From UHGV virus genome UHGV-1809322: a stretch of DNA of 14,967 nt; one strand, written 5' to 3'. Shown one piece after another: positions 5,381-13,329 of the stretch; positions within the stretch are counted from its first letter, which is position 1; each line of letters begins with the position of its first letter. A model generated the notes under the pieces. That model saw nothing but the letters and a program-made list of their open reading frames with translations, did no database searches and was not told where the DNA came from. Source of the stretch: a virus. The position numbers and the translations under genes were made by a program.

Positions 5381-6910
5381 TTACTTGGGGTTCTGAATTT
5401 GTGTATACGTTGCTCTTGAGATAAACGGCGCATTATCACCAATTGACGTGATTAATACCGTCGGTATGCCATTTTTCAACTCATCTTCTTTACCCAGCGT
5501 CCAGGTAATTACAGCCGTGTTGTTTGCGATTGGGATCGCATTCACGCCAGGGAGTTTAGGTATATTCGTTAGCAACTCATTGGCTTCAATTTCCGCCTGA
5601 GTCTTCACAGTAGTCCATTTACCTGAAACTTCGTCCACTCGTTCTTTTATGTCAGCCAATGCAGGAAATGCCTGCTCTGTTAATTTGCCTGCTGCGTCTT
5701 TTACATAGGGTATATCGGCAAGACAACTAACATTTCTGGCAGAAATACACCCCACCGTTTCCGCTGCAGTGCTTAAAGTGGGATTACCTTTTACAATCTC
5801 ATTCACCGAATTTTGCGCATCCTGAATGAGTACGTTGCCTGAGGACTTGAGGAATGCGTCAGTTATTGCCTGCTCATCACCACCAGCTGCAGCAACAGCA
5901 ACTCCGCCTACAGCGCCCGCAATGGCGGCTTTCTTGACGACCTCTGTGATTGTGCCTGTCGGCATACCATTAACAATAGAACCGCCTTGTTGTTGCACCG
6001 CCGCAAGAACACCTGCACGTATAGCGGCATTTATGTCACCGGTCATTCGCAGGGTTTTCCATGATGCAATGGCTGCCGCGCCAGCCGGTCCTCCATAAAA
6101 CGCGGCTGCAGACGTAGCAGCCATATCCAGGACGTGACTTTCCTGAGTTGCTTTGAAAAAATTATCTTCAGTATTATGAAGTGGTGCCACTGTAGTGGAC
6201 CAGATCGCATCAATTATTTTACCTTCACGGGCCTGATTCTCGGCTTTCTTCAATAACTCATACTGTGCACTCAATTCATTCCCAGCAAAGTGCGCAATAG
6301 CTGTACCAGCTTCAGTAATATCGTTAAAACTTCTTTGAGCTTGATTGCTAATGTCTTTCCACGCTTTGTCGTAAGTGCTGGCAATATCATCGAACGCTTT
6401 TACAAACGTTCTCGTTGCATTATCGACTGTTTTCTTAACCACTTCGATTTGGCGGCTTGTTTCGCCAACAACTATTTTAGACACGGCACCAACTGTGTCT
6501 TTAAATGGGTCCGTGCCACTATTAGAACCAAATACCTGATCCCAAGTAGGTAAATTGGGCAGATTCGGTAGATTGGGTAAGTTAGGTAAATTAGGTAGAT
6601 TAGGTAAGTTGGGCAGATTGGGTAATTTAGGGAGATTTGGTAGTTGAGGAAGACCAGGAATATCCGGGAGACCCAAAAGGCCAAATTTTTGCATCTGCTG
6701 CAGATGCATTCGCTCAGAGATATTGCTTTCTGTAGTCTGTGTTGGTTGTGGCTGCTGAGGTAGTGAAGCAGAGGAATAGGCATAACCTGGTGAGCATATG
6801 ATTGTTATATTTGGAATCATCACTGTTTTTGCATCCTCTGCAAATGATAATCCCGGCCCCAGCGCAAGAGCGATTGCACTTAACTGCATAAACCTGTTGG
6901 TACTTTTCAT
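5381..6910 (-). CDS. Secreted repeat-containing protein (509 aa): signal peptide, (Leu-Pro-Asn)n proline-rich tandem repeat linker, large C-terminal domain with Gly/Ala-rich hydrophobic segments
   Basis: SD GGGGAGGG ~9 nt upstream of the ATG. Signal peptide MKSTNRFMQLSAIALALGPGLSFA followed by EDAK. Repeat GLPDIPGLPQLPNLPKLPNLPNLPNLPNLPNLPNLPNLPNLPT. Hydrophobic Gly/Ala-rich stretches (ATSAAAFYGGPAGAAAIASW; KKAAIAGAVGGVAVAAAGG). Confidence 0.75.
   Translation of the reverse strand: MKSTNRFMQLSAIALALGPGLSFAEDAKTVMIPNITIICSPGYAYSSASLPQQPQPTQTTESNISERMHLQQMQKFGLLGLPDIPGLPQLPNLPKLPNLPNLPNLPNLPNLPNLPNLPNLPTWDQVFGSNSGTDPFKDTVGAVSKIVVGETSRQIEVVKKTVDNATRTFVKAFDDIASTYDKAWKDISNQAQRSFNDITEAGTAIAHFAGNELSAQYELLKKAENQAREGKIIDAIWSTTVAPLHNTEDNFFKATQESHVLDMAATSAAAFYGGPAGAAAIASWKTLRMTGDINAAIRAGVLAAVQQQGGSIVNGMPTGTITEVVKKAAIAGAVGGVAVAAAGGDEQAITDAFLKSSGNVLIQDAQNSVNEIVKGNPTLSTAAETVGCISARNVSCLADIPYVKDAAGKLTEQAFPALADIKERVDEVSGKWTTVKTQAEIEANELLTNIPKLPGVNAIPIANNTAVITWTLGKEDELKNGIPTVLITSIGDNAPFISRATYTQIQNPK
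6549..6647 (-). repeat. Imperfect 9-bp tandem repeat array (~11 units, GGYARRTTN on the + strand) encoding the (LPN)n tract of the 509-aa protein
   Basis: Consecutive units ggtaaattg, ggcagattc, ggtagattg, ggtaagtta, ggtaaatta, ggtagatta, ggtaagttg, ggcagattg, ggtaattta, gggagattt, ggtagttga. Most unit-to-unit differences are synonymous in the minus-strand frame. Confidence 0.9.
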
Positions 6911-7024
6911 GATAGCAATCCCTCCCCAACCCCGAATTCGAATGGTTTCTGCGGAGAAAATTTATAGCCGCATAAATAATAATTACGTCAGGGTATTTTC
7001 CATTCCATAATAAAAAACTCTTAT

Positions 7025-7054
7025 AAACACTAAGCGATTCAGACTTTAGTGTTT
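7025..7054. promoter_or_regulatory. 9-bp perfect inverted repeat (AAACACTAA-N12-TTAGTGTTT) in the divergent intergenic region; candidate operator
   Basis: Lies between the divergently oriented 509-aa gene (-) and the first structural-operon gene (+). ATTCAGAC occurs twice nearby (7037-7045 region and 7069-7077 region). Confidence 0.35.
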
Positions 7055-7126
7055 GCTTCACGCTCTCAATTCAGACCGGTGCATTTGCGTTAGCCTCAGT
7101 CAAAATTCACTGCTGGATCACACGTT

Positions 7127-7411
7127 ATGCCCTTCATCGGAATACAAGGCTCTCTGTGCTCAGGCCATGGAGGCTTCCCTCCCCGGCCCGCTCTTTCTGG
7201 TGCCCCTCTGGTAACCATCAACGGAATTCCCGCCCTGGTAAATGGCAACCCCTTCGCCGTACACAGTGACGGTGACAGCGCCCACGGTGGCGTAGCTATC
7301 TCATCGCGCCCCTGGTGCACAATAAACGGGATTGGCGTGGTCTGTACCGGGGATCTCGTGTCGTGTGGTTCTGTCGTCATAACTGGCGATCCACTGGTCA
7401 CCATTTCATGA
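7127..7411 (+). CDS. PAAR-like repeat protein (94 aa); putative spike-tip (sharpening cone) protein of a contractile tail or injection apparatus
   Basis: Small protein with the repeated pattern typical of PAAR domains: C.GHGG, PLVTINGIPAL, GDSAHGG, TINGIGVVCTGDLVSCGSVVITGDPLVTI. SD is weak. Confidence 0.5.
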   Translation: MPFIGIQGSLCSGHGGFPPRPALSGAPLVTINGIPALVNGNPFAVHSDGDSAHGGVAISSRPWCTINGIGVVCTGDLVSCGSVVITGDPLVTIS

Positions 7412-7426
7412 GTTTACGAGGCCACT

Positions 7427-8182
7427 ATGCTCGATCAGCAATACCAAATTGACGCGTTTTACGCATTACGGGCCGCTGGTGGGTTAAAAACCCCGGAGTC
7501 CATTACGCTGTATCAGTCATCTATCACTCAGATCAACCGGCTGGTGGATGCAACAGCGGCACTCACACCAGATTCAATCCGATACCCCGCCGCTATACGC
7601 CCACTGGTATCCCGCCTTGATGCCATATCTGAAGACCTGCTGGATTCAGTAAAGCAAATTAAAGAGGTGATAAAACTGCTACAGGACCAGTCTGACCCGT
7701 CGGCCCTGCTAACCATTCAGATCGGCTGGGAGGTGTATTGCCGGTTCAACGAACTGACCGCTAACCCCGCAATTGTTGCGTTCATCGCGGATACAGAACT
7801 CCCGCAATCCATACTGACGACACTCACCAGTTTGTCCACGGCAGACCTGAATGCGTCCTTTGCGGTCCTGAACAACACAGTAATAGCGGGTGAGGGTACG
7901 CCACTGTTTGAGGTTCCTGCCGATGTGCTTGATGCTGCAGTGGACGCAATAACCGAATTTGAAGGCGATGTTCAGTCATACCAGGAATTGCTGGTGGCCG
8001 TAGAACGGGAGAAACAGGCGGCATTGACCAGCATTCAGATAGCAATGAGCTATTTCCAGAACGGCGTCACAGTGAGCATCCTCGATACCCTCTCACACGG
8101 CACATTTGTAGCGCCAGCTGTTGCCTGCATCGTACCTCAGACCGTGCTTGATGCGCTCGCTGCAGGGACCGTAACGGCGTAA
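7427..8182 (+). CDS. Hypothetical protein (251 aa), predicted largely helical; structural-module protein of unknown function
   Basis: Start 16 bp after the PAAR-like stop, with a GAGG SD. Ala/Leu/Thr-rich composition. No recognisable catalytic motif. Confidence 0.55.
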   Translation: MLDQQYQIDAFYALRAAGGLKTPESITLYQSSITQINRLVDATAALTPDSIRYPAAIRPLVSRLDAISEDLLDSVKQIKEVIKLLQDQSDPSALLTIQIGWEVYCRFNELTANPAIVAFIADTELPQSILTTLTSLSTADLNASFAVLNNTVIAGEGTPLFEVPADVLDAAVDAITEFEGDVQSYQELLVAVEREKQAALTSIQIAMSYFQNGVTVSILDTLSHGTFVAPAVACIVPQTVLDALAAGTVTA

Positions 8183-8272
8183 CGCCATAACTCCCAGCGG
8201 TGCACTTTCTCTATTCTGCTCGCGTCTTGTGCGTTGAGCGATAACGCGAGTTTGAATAGAAAAGAGGCCATC

Positions 8273-10087
8273 ATGTCAGATATTACCCCATATATGGATC
8301 AGGTCGCGGATATTCGCCAACGCGCCGCCCGCGTGCTCGCGTTTGCCAGCATTCCGCAATTCAAAGAAGGTGCATTCATCAAGGATCGAAAAGCCTGGGC
8401 TAAATCGATCGGCGAAGCCACTCACATGGACCCCCTTTTTGAATCCTACGGTCCAATTGTTTCCACCATTGTTGGTACCGCGTGGGCAAGCGCCCTGGCG
8501 GATTACGCTAACGAACGAGGTGAAATGCCGCGCGACGAACTGCTCGCCGCAGCGCATAAGGCCACGGAAAACCTGCTTCTGGAAGGCGCAAGTAAGTACA
8601 AAAACCAGAGCGTGCAGCTGCTGCTTGAAAGCGCGCAGAAAGATCTGAACGAAAACAAATTCCTGTTTGAGTCTGCGGATTCAGCCAACATTCCGGATCT
8701 GACCACCAGCCAGGGCATTATGCAGCTGGCTACGTTTGTGGCCATGATCCTGCCCGTTGCGCTCGGCGCACAGACCAGCGATGCGTGTACATTCGTACCG
8801 TGTGAGAAAGACCAGAACAAAATCTTCGAAATCATCAATATCGCCGGTAACTCATTCGGTGACCTGACCGCCGGTCAGGAAATTGATATGACCACCTCTG
8901 GTTATTACTCCCAGATGGCCCGTGTTCGCCTGTTCGCTGCAGATCAGCAGCCGAAGGGGACCAAACAGCGTCTGACATTCAAAGTTGAGGAAAGTGAGGG
9001 CGTTAAAGCGCCAATTCGCCCGAAACGTACCGTTCTGTACATCAACCGCAAGCCGACTGACCCGGACACAGGCAATAACGTGCTACTGCACAGTTTTGTG
9101 CATGTTGATAAAGACACGGGCGAAGAAAGCTCCATCACCCTCACCTGCCAGATCAACTATGACACAGGTGAGATCGCAGTTAACCCGTCCAACCCGTTCC
9201 CGGAAGGTTATGAGCTTGGCGTCGGTTACGAGCTGGACGTTGAAAAAGCACCGTCCCTTATCCCGACGATCAACCACAAAATGAAGGACTACCTGATTTA
9301 TCCTTCATTCTACGCGCTGGCAGCTGAACACACGCTGATTGCAGAACTGGAAATGCGCCGTGAGTTCAACTTTGAGTTGAGTTCCCTGTCATACCGTAGC
9401 CTGCGTGATTACATCTCGCACGAAATCGACATGATGCGCCTGTCCATCATGATCTGGCGTTGCATTCACGGTAGTAGCTATGATGTCGCCCTGCCGGATA
9501 GCCAGTTGTTTGAAAGCTGGTCTGGCCTACTGCGCAGTAAATTCAACCGGATTTCCGCCGACATGATTGACCGCACCCGGACCACCGGCGTAACTGGCAT
9601 GTACGCAGGTTCTGAAGCGTCGAATTTCATCAAGGCATTGCCGCCGACACTGTTCCAGCCAGCCCCGAATTACCGCCAGACGCCATATGTCCATTTCACG
9701 GGCACGCTCTTCGGTGTCTACAAAGTATTTGAGGTGCCACAGCCAATCTGTACGTCGCTGACGAAAAACCTCAAGAAAAACGGTGCTGAATTCAAGACCA
9801 ACAACATCCTCTGCTATGGCCGTGGTGATGGTATCGCTCAGGCGGGCTTTATTGCCGGTGATGCCATTCCGTTGATCCCGCTGGTACACGACACCACCCC
9901 GCAACTGCGCAACCGTACCACCATGTTCGGCAGCGCATTGAACATGATTCACCCACGCCGTGGTGAAGACTATTTCGAAATGCTGGAACTGACGTTCGAC
10001 AAAGCAGGCGCACTGGATCCCCGAAGCGGGAAATACATTGAACCTGCTCCGACCCCGGAACCTGAAGAAGTCACTCAGGCACCGTAA
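8273..10087 (+). CDS. Large hypothetical virion-module protein (~604 aa)
   Basis: Track ORF begins at a TTG at 8234. The ATG at 8273 is preceded by AAAAGAGG at optimal spacing and is the more plausible start (MSDITPYMDQ…). Long uninterrupted ORF with a Pro/Glu-rich C-terminal tail (EPAPTPEPEEVTQAP). Confidence 0.65.
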   Translation: MSDITPYMDQVADIRQRAARVLAFASIPQFKEGAFIKDRKAWAKSIGEATHMDPLFESYGPIVSTIVGTAWASALADYANERGEMPRDELLAAAHKATENLLLEGASKYKNQSVQLLLESAQKDLNENKFLFESADSANIPDLTTSQGIMQLATFVAMILPVALGAQTSDACTFVPCEKDQNKIFEIINIAGNSFGDLTAGQEIDMTTSGYYSQMARVRLFAADQQPKGTKQRLTFKVEESEGVKAPIRPKRTVLYINRKPTDPDTGNNVLLHSFVHVDKDTGEESSITLTCQINYDTGEIAVNPSNPFPEGYELGVGYELDVEKAPSLIPTINHKMKDYLIYPSFYALAAEHTLIAELEMRREFNFELSSLSYRSLRDYISHEIDMMRLSIMIWRCIHGSSYDVALPDSQLFESWSGLLRSKFNRISADMIDRTRTTGVTGMYAGSEASNFIKALPPTLFQPAPNYRQTPYVHFTGTLFGVYKVFEVPQPICTSLTKNLKKNGAEFKTNNILCYGRGDGIAQAGFIAGDAIPLIPLVHDTTPQLRNRTTMFGSALNMIHPRRGEDYFEMLELTFDKAGALDPRSGKYIEPAPTPEPEEVTQAP

Positions 10088-10107
10088 TTCAGCGAAATAT
10101 TCACAGC

Positions 10108-10126
10108 GCCCCGGCAAGGTCGGGGC
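10108..10126 (+). promoter_or_regulatory. GC-rich stem-loop (GCCCCG-gcaaggt-CGGGGC) just upstream of the SD of the next gene
   Basis: 6-bp all-GC stem with a 7-nt loop in the 50-bp intergenic gap, immediately 5' of the AGGAG SD for the gene starting at 10138. No U-tract, so not a classical terminator. Confidence 0.3.
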
Positions 10127-10137
10127 CAGGAGAAATC

Positions 10138-11910
10138 ATGGAAATTCCGTTTAGTCAGTCAAATGTGAGTAATGTGTCAATTGCTCGTGTTAACGCCGAA
10201 AACACCACGATCCTGAATGCGGGCGGTAACAGTTCTGTATTTGCGGGTATTGTCGTGTGTAACAGTGGCACACCGTATGAAGTGCTGGAAATTAACAGTA
10301 CCAATTTGTATACCAAACTGGGTGTACCAGCGCATCCCACCGATGGTTATTGCGCTGAACCTATGCGCCATCTGGAAGAGGCAGTCACGGGTGGCAAGGG
10401 CTATGTTGTGCGAGTCACCGCAGCCGATGCTAAATTCCCGCTTCTGAAATGGTCGATGCCTGCGGCGTCTGAACCGGCCCAGCCGCAGAATCCGACGGCT
10501 GAAGGCGCTACCGAGGGTACCAGTGAAAATGCAGCAGAAACACCAATCGTTGAAACGCCGAAGCTGAAAAATTCCGGCAAAAAGACAACTGGTGGCGCGT
10601 TACTGAAAGCGGGATCTGATACTGAAACTGCAGGTCCAATCCCCTACGCTATTAACACGAGCGCACTGGAATACGGCGCTGATGTATCAGCTAATTTCAG
10701 CGAAAACGACATCGTAATGCTGTATGTCATTGACGGTAATCCGTCGACGACACGTAACGTTCGATTCACGCCGGACGCATTCAACGATAAGCGCCTGGTT
10801 CTGACACTGACGGAAACCAGTGCGCTTGGTGTAGTCACCACCCTCGATAGCTATACGGTATCTCTGTATACCGACGTAACCGATGATCACGGCTCCCCGG
10901 CCTGGATTGAAACGCAACTGGAGAGTAAATCCCGTTATCTGCGTGCCGTAGCGAAACCTAACCCGACGGGCGATTACGCTGATGCCACGGTCCGCCTGGT
11001 GGCAGATAAGGGCGCCACATTCTTTGTGGGTGGCACGAACGGTGATCAGAACAACATTCCTGCCGAAAATTATGGGCGGGCACTGAAGGCGCTTCGTAAT
11101 ACACAGGCATATTACTCTGCAATGCTGGGACTGGGCTGTTACAGCCGTGCGGTGCTCAATGAGTTGAGTGAAATTGCGCGCAACCGTCGTATTGACGCGT
11201 TTTTCGACATTGATCCACGCCTTTCGTATGCTGAAGCCCTGGAAAAGAGTGATGAATACAACTTCATGGATCATGAACACATCGCTTTCTATCACTTCCC
11301 GTACACCTACCGCGACAAAACATCAAAAGCGACAACGGTCGCCGGTTTGTCAGGCACCGCATTCAGAGCTAAGGCTGCTGGCGTTCAAAAAATCCCGAGC
11401 ATCGGCGGTTGGCATTACTCCCCGGCAGGTGAAGAGCGCGCCGTTATCAATCGCGACAATATGAAGTGCGCGTCCTGGGCGGGTGAACCCGACTACGACA
11501 TGATGTACATCAAACGCATCAATAAAGTCGCGACGTCCCGCACTGGCGTGATGACGATTGACGACTCGCTGACGGCCTATCGTCGCGAGAACAGCCTGCG
11601 CCTACAGCACGTCAACTCTACGATGAACGCCATCGCGCGCGACCTGTACACCCTGTGGGGTTCAATTAAACATGACCCTGACAACGAGGTGCTAAACAAT
11701 CTCACGCGCGATACTCCCCGAGTCTTCGATAGCTACGTCGCCAGTAAAGCCCTCGTGCCTCCAACTGAGGACACAGCTGGTAATACTGACCCGTACATCA
11801 TTTCCTACGAACAAAACACCGATGATATGTGGACCGTCACATACAGTTGCTGCGTGACCGGTACAGCCCGCCGCATCGCTGGTATTCCGATCCTGTTGAG
11901 AAAAGGATAA
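10138..11910 (+). CDS. Putative contractile tail sheath protein (590 aa); assignment tentative
   Basis: Strong SD (CAGGAGAAATC-ATG). The N-terminal region (…NVSIARVNAENTTILNAGGNSSVFAGIVVCNSGTPYEVLEINSTNLY…) resembles the small-residue pattern I recall at sheath N-termini. Size is in the sheath range. It sits in an operon with a PAAR-like gene. Confidence 0.45.
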   Translation: MEIPFSQSNVSNVSIARVNAENTTILNAGGNSSVFAGIVVCNSGTPYEVLEINSTNLYTKLGVPAHPTDGYCAEPMRHLEEAVTGGKGYVVRVTAADAKFPLLKWSMPAASEPAQPQNPTAEGATEGTSENAAETPIVETPKLKNSGKKTTGGALLKAGSDTETAGPIPYAINTSALEYGADVSANFSENDIVMLYVIDGNPSTTRNVRFTPDAFNDKRLVLTLTETSALGVVTTLDSYTVSLYTDVTDDHGSPAWIETQLESKSRYLRAVAKPNPTGDYADATVRLVADKGATFFVGGTNGDQNNIPAENYGRALKALRNTQAYYSAMLGLGCYSRAVLNELSEIARNRRIDAFFDIDPRLSYAEALEKSDEYNFMDHEHIAFYHFPYTYRDKTSKATTVAGLSGTAFRAKAAGVQKIPSIGGWHYSPAGEERAVINRDNMKCASWAGEPDYDMMYIKRINKVATSRTGVMTIDDSLTAYRRENSLRLQHVNSTMNAIARDLYTLWGSIKHDPDNEVLNNLTRDTPRVFDSYVASKALVPPTEDTAGNTDPYIISYEQNTDDMWTVTYSCCVTGTARRIAGIPILLRKG

Positions 11911-11914
11911 TCCG

Positions 11915-12691
11915 ATGAACAAGTTTGAAACCGGCGCTTTTCAGGCGCGCGCGCAAATGCTGGTGGAGGGAGCACTTCCAAAGGGGGAAATAACACCCCC
12001 TCCGCAGCCAGTAGTCCCCCTGCCGCGTACCCTGATCACTGAAGCTGATGCAGATAACGCACTGCTGAATATGTTGCTTGAGGCTGTAGCCAAGAAATCC
12101 AGCCAGGACGGACGTGGCGAAGCAGCAGCTGCCGTTCTGGAGTGGGCGGAATCGGGTGACGCGACATGGGATTCATTCGATTCAATAGCGTTCGGCATTG
12201 CGCTGGAGATGGAAGGCTTTGATCTGGACGAAGTGGGCGAGGATGACATCACAGAAGATGTTATCAGCACTTACAACGATGTCCTCGCTGACATGGCTGA
12301 CGCTGCAGTCTTCTTTGGTGCCTCCAGTAGCGATGTCGCAACAATGATTGACGAAGAGGACGACGATGCCGCCGCCAGCGTCATGAACAGCATCGGTGAC
12401 ATTGATGACGATGAAGCCGAAGACCTGATCACCACCTTTACTGTGGGAGACGATATCTATGAGTCTATCCGGAAAACAGAAACAGACGATAGTCAGATGC
12501 TTCTTGAAGCTACTAAAAAAGTTGTTCGAAACGGGAAAGTCAAACTGATCAAAAAACGTATTCGCCCGAAAAAACTCAACAGCGCCCAGCGTTCCGCACT
12601 GAAAAAGGCACGTCGCAAAGCCAATACCAGTGCAGCGAAAGTAAAGCGTAAAAAGTCGATGAAACTACGCAGAAAACGTTTCGGCGGCTAA
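11915..12691 (+). CDS. Bipolar protein (258 aa): strongly acidic central region and polybasic C-terminal tail; candidate scaffold, internal or DNA-binding virion protein
   Basis: Acidic runs (EEDDDAAAS…DIDDDEAEDL) followed by a C-terminal ~45 aa rich in Lys/Arg (KKRIRPKKLNSAQRSALKKARRKANTSAAKVKRKKSMKLRRKRFGG). Start is 4 bp after the preceding stop. Confidence 0.65.
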   Translation: MNKFETGAFQARAQMLVEGALPKGEITPPPQPVVPLPRTLITEADADNALLNMLLEAVAKKSSQDGRGEAAAAVLEWAESGDATWDSFDSIAFGIALEMEGFDLDEVGEDDITEDVISTYNDVLADMADAAVFFGASSSDVATMIDEEDDDAAASVMNSIGDIDDDEAEDLITTFTVGDDIYESIRKTETDDSQMLLEATKKVVRNGKVKLIKKRIRPKKLNSAQRSALKKARRKANTSAAKVKRKKSMKLRRKRFGG

Positions 12692-12697
12692 TGCATC

Positions 12698-12722
12698 TGC
12701 CACCAGTCTGAGGCTGGTGGCA
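12698..12722 (+). promoter_or_regulatory. Intergenic stem-loop (GCCACCAG-N7-CTGGTGGC) after the 258-aa gene; possible partial terminator, mRNA processing or stability element
   Basis: 8-9 bp perfect stem with a 7-nt loop, 7 bp after the stop codon, with no following T-run. The right arm contains a Chi octamer (GCTGGTGG). Confidence 0.3.
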
Positions 12723-12741
12723 ATTCAACGGGCGGATAGAT

Positions 12742-13317
12742 ATGGCGCAATACGGTGCGGTTTTCCCGGACGGGATTAGTGATTATCTGAAGTTGTACAT
12801 CACATCAGAAGATCTCTGCGTTGTCGGCTATATCGGCGAGGGTGCCTCGGCGCAACTGACAGCCAACTGGACCTCCCCTTATGAGGGGGATTCCGTCGGT
12901 TCAGTCGCGGGTGAAACATTTTCAAATCTGGTGCAGTCCATCACAAACCGGACGAGTGTTTCCCGACTGAACTCACTGATGGTGTGGCAAGGCTCGCAGC
13001 CGTTTGAATTTACCCTACCCGTTTATTTTCACGCTATTCATGACGCCAACATCGAAGTAAATGCGGCTATTGCGGCCCTGTGTGCGATGCAGGCTCCCCA
13101 ACTGAACGACACTATGCCATTGGGCCGGCGCCCTTATGTATGCACGCTCGACATAGGACGCAGATTCAAAATTGTTGATGTGGTTATCCAGAGTGTTGGT
13201 TTCGAACTGGATGCGCCACGTACTTCAGACGGTTACTACACGCATAACAACGTGAACCTGCAATGCAGTGCAATGGCCGTAACAAACCGTTCCGAAATGA
13301 AAAATTTATTTTTGTAA
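12742..13317 (+). CDS. Hypothetical structural-module protein (191 aa)
   Basis: Co-directional ORF in the operon, weak SD (GGAT). No recognisable motif. Confidence 0.55.
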   Translation: MAQYGAVFPDGISDYLKLYITSEDLCVVGYIGEGASAQLTANWTSPYEGDSVGSVAGETFSNLVQSITNRTSVSRLNSLMVWQGSQPFEFTLPVYFHAIHDANIEVNAAIAALCAMQAPQLNDTMPLGRRPYVCTLDIGRRFKIVDVVIQSVGFELDAPRTSDGYYTHNNVNLQCSAMAVTNRSEMKNLFL

Positions 13318-13329
13318 TGAGAGGTCACG

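Noticed and set aside
6549-6647. 9-bp tandem repeats as a CRISPR-like or VNTR non-coding array
   Set aside because: The repeats are in-frame inside a long SD-preceded ORF and encode a regular tripeptide repeat; there are no spacers of unique sequence.
5826-7061. Track ORFs 5826-6098 (+), 6290-6553 (+), 6472-6783 (-), 6714-7061 (-), 6798-7010 (+) overlapping the 509-aa secreted-protein gene or its promoter region
   Set aside because: Alternative frames of a strongly supported gene. The 6472-6783 frame is simply the tandem repeat read out of frame (YLIYLIYL), and the others extend into the intergenic region without SD support.
7096-7404. 102-aa minus-strand ORF antisense to the PAAR-like gene
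   Set aside because: The plus-strand frame carries a coherent PAAR-type repeat signature; the antisense frame has no motif or SD.
9527-11295. Large antisense ORFs (9527-10117 minus, 196 aa; 10687-11295 minus, 202 aa) and other internal ORFs within the 604-aa and 590-aa genes
   Set aside because: They are embedded in long plus-strand ORFs that are part of a tightly coupled operon; the 9527-10117 ORF would run across the intergenic hairpin and SD. Likely shadow ORFs.
11941-12270. 109-aa minus-strand ORF antisense to the bipolar-protein gene
   Set aside because: Ser/Ala-rich low-complexity translation mirroring the acidic-codon bias of the sense strand; no start signals.
1534-12721. Chi octamers (GCTGGTGG) at 1534, 3552, 7475 and 12714 on the + strand, and on the - strand at 3601
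   Set aside because: Their frequency over 15 kb is not obviously above what is expected for enterobacterial-type DNA; not interpretable without genome-wide statistics.
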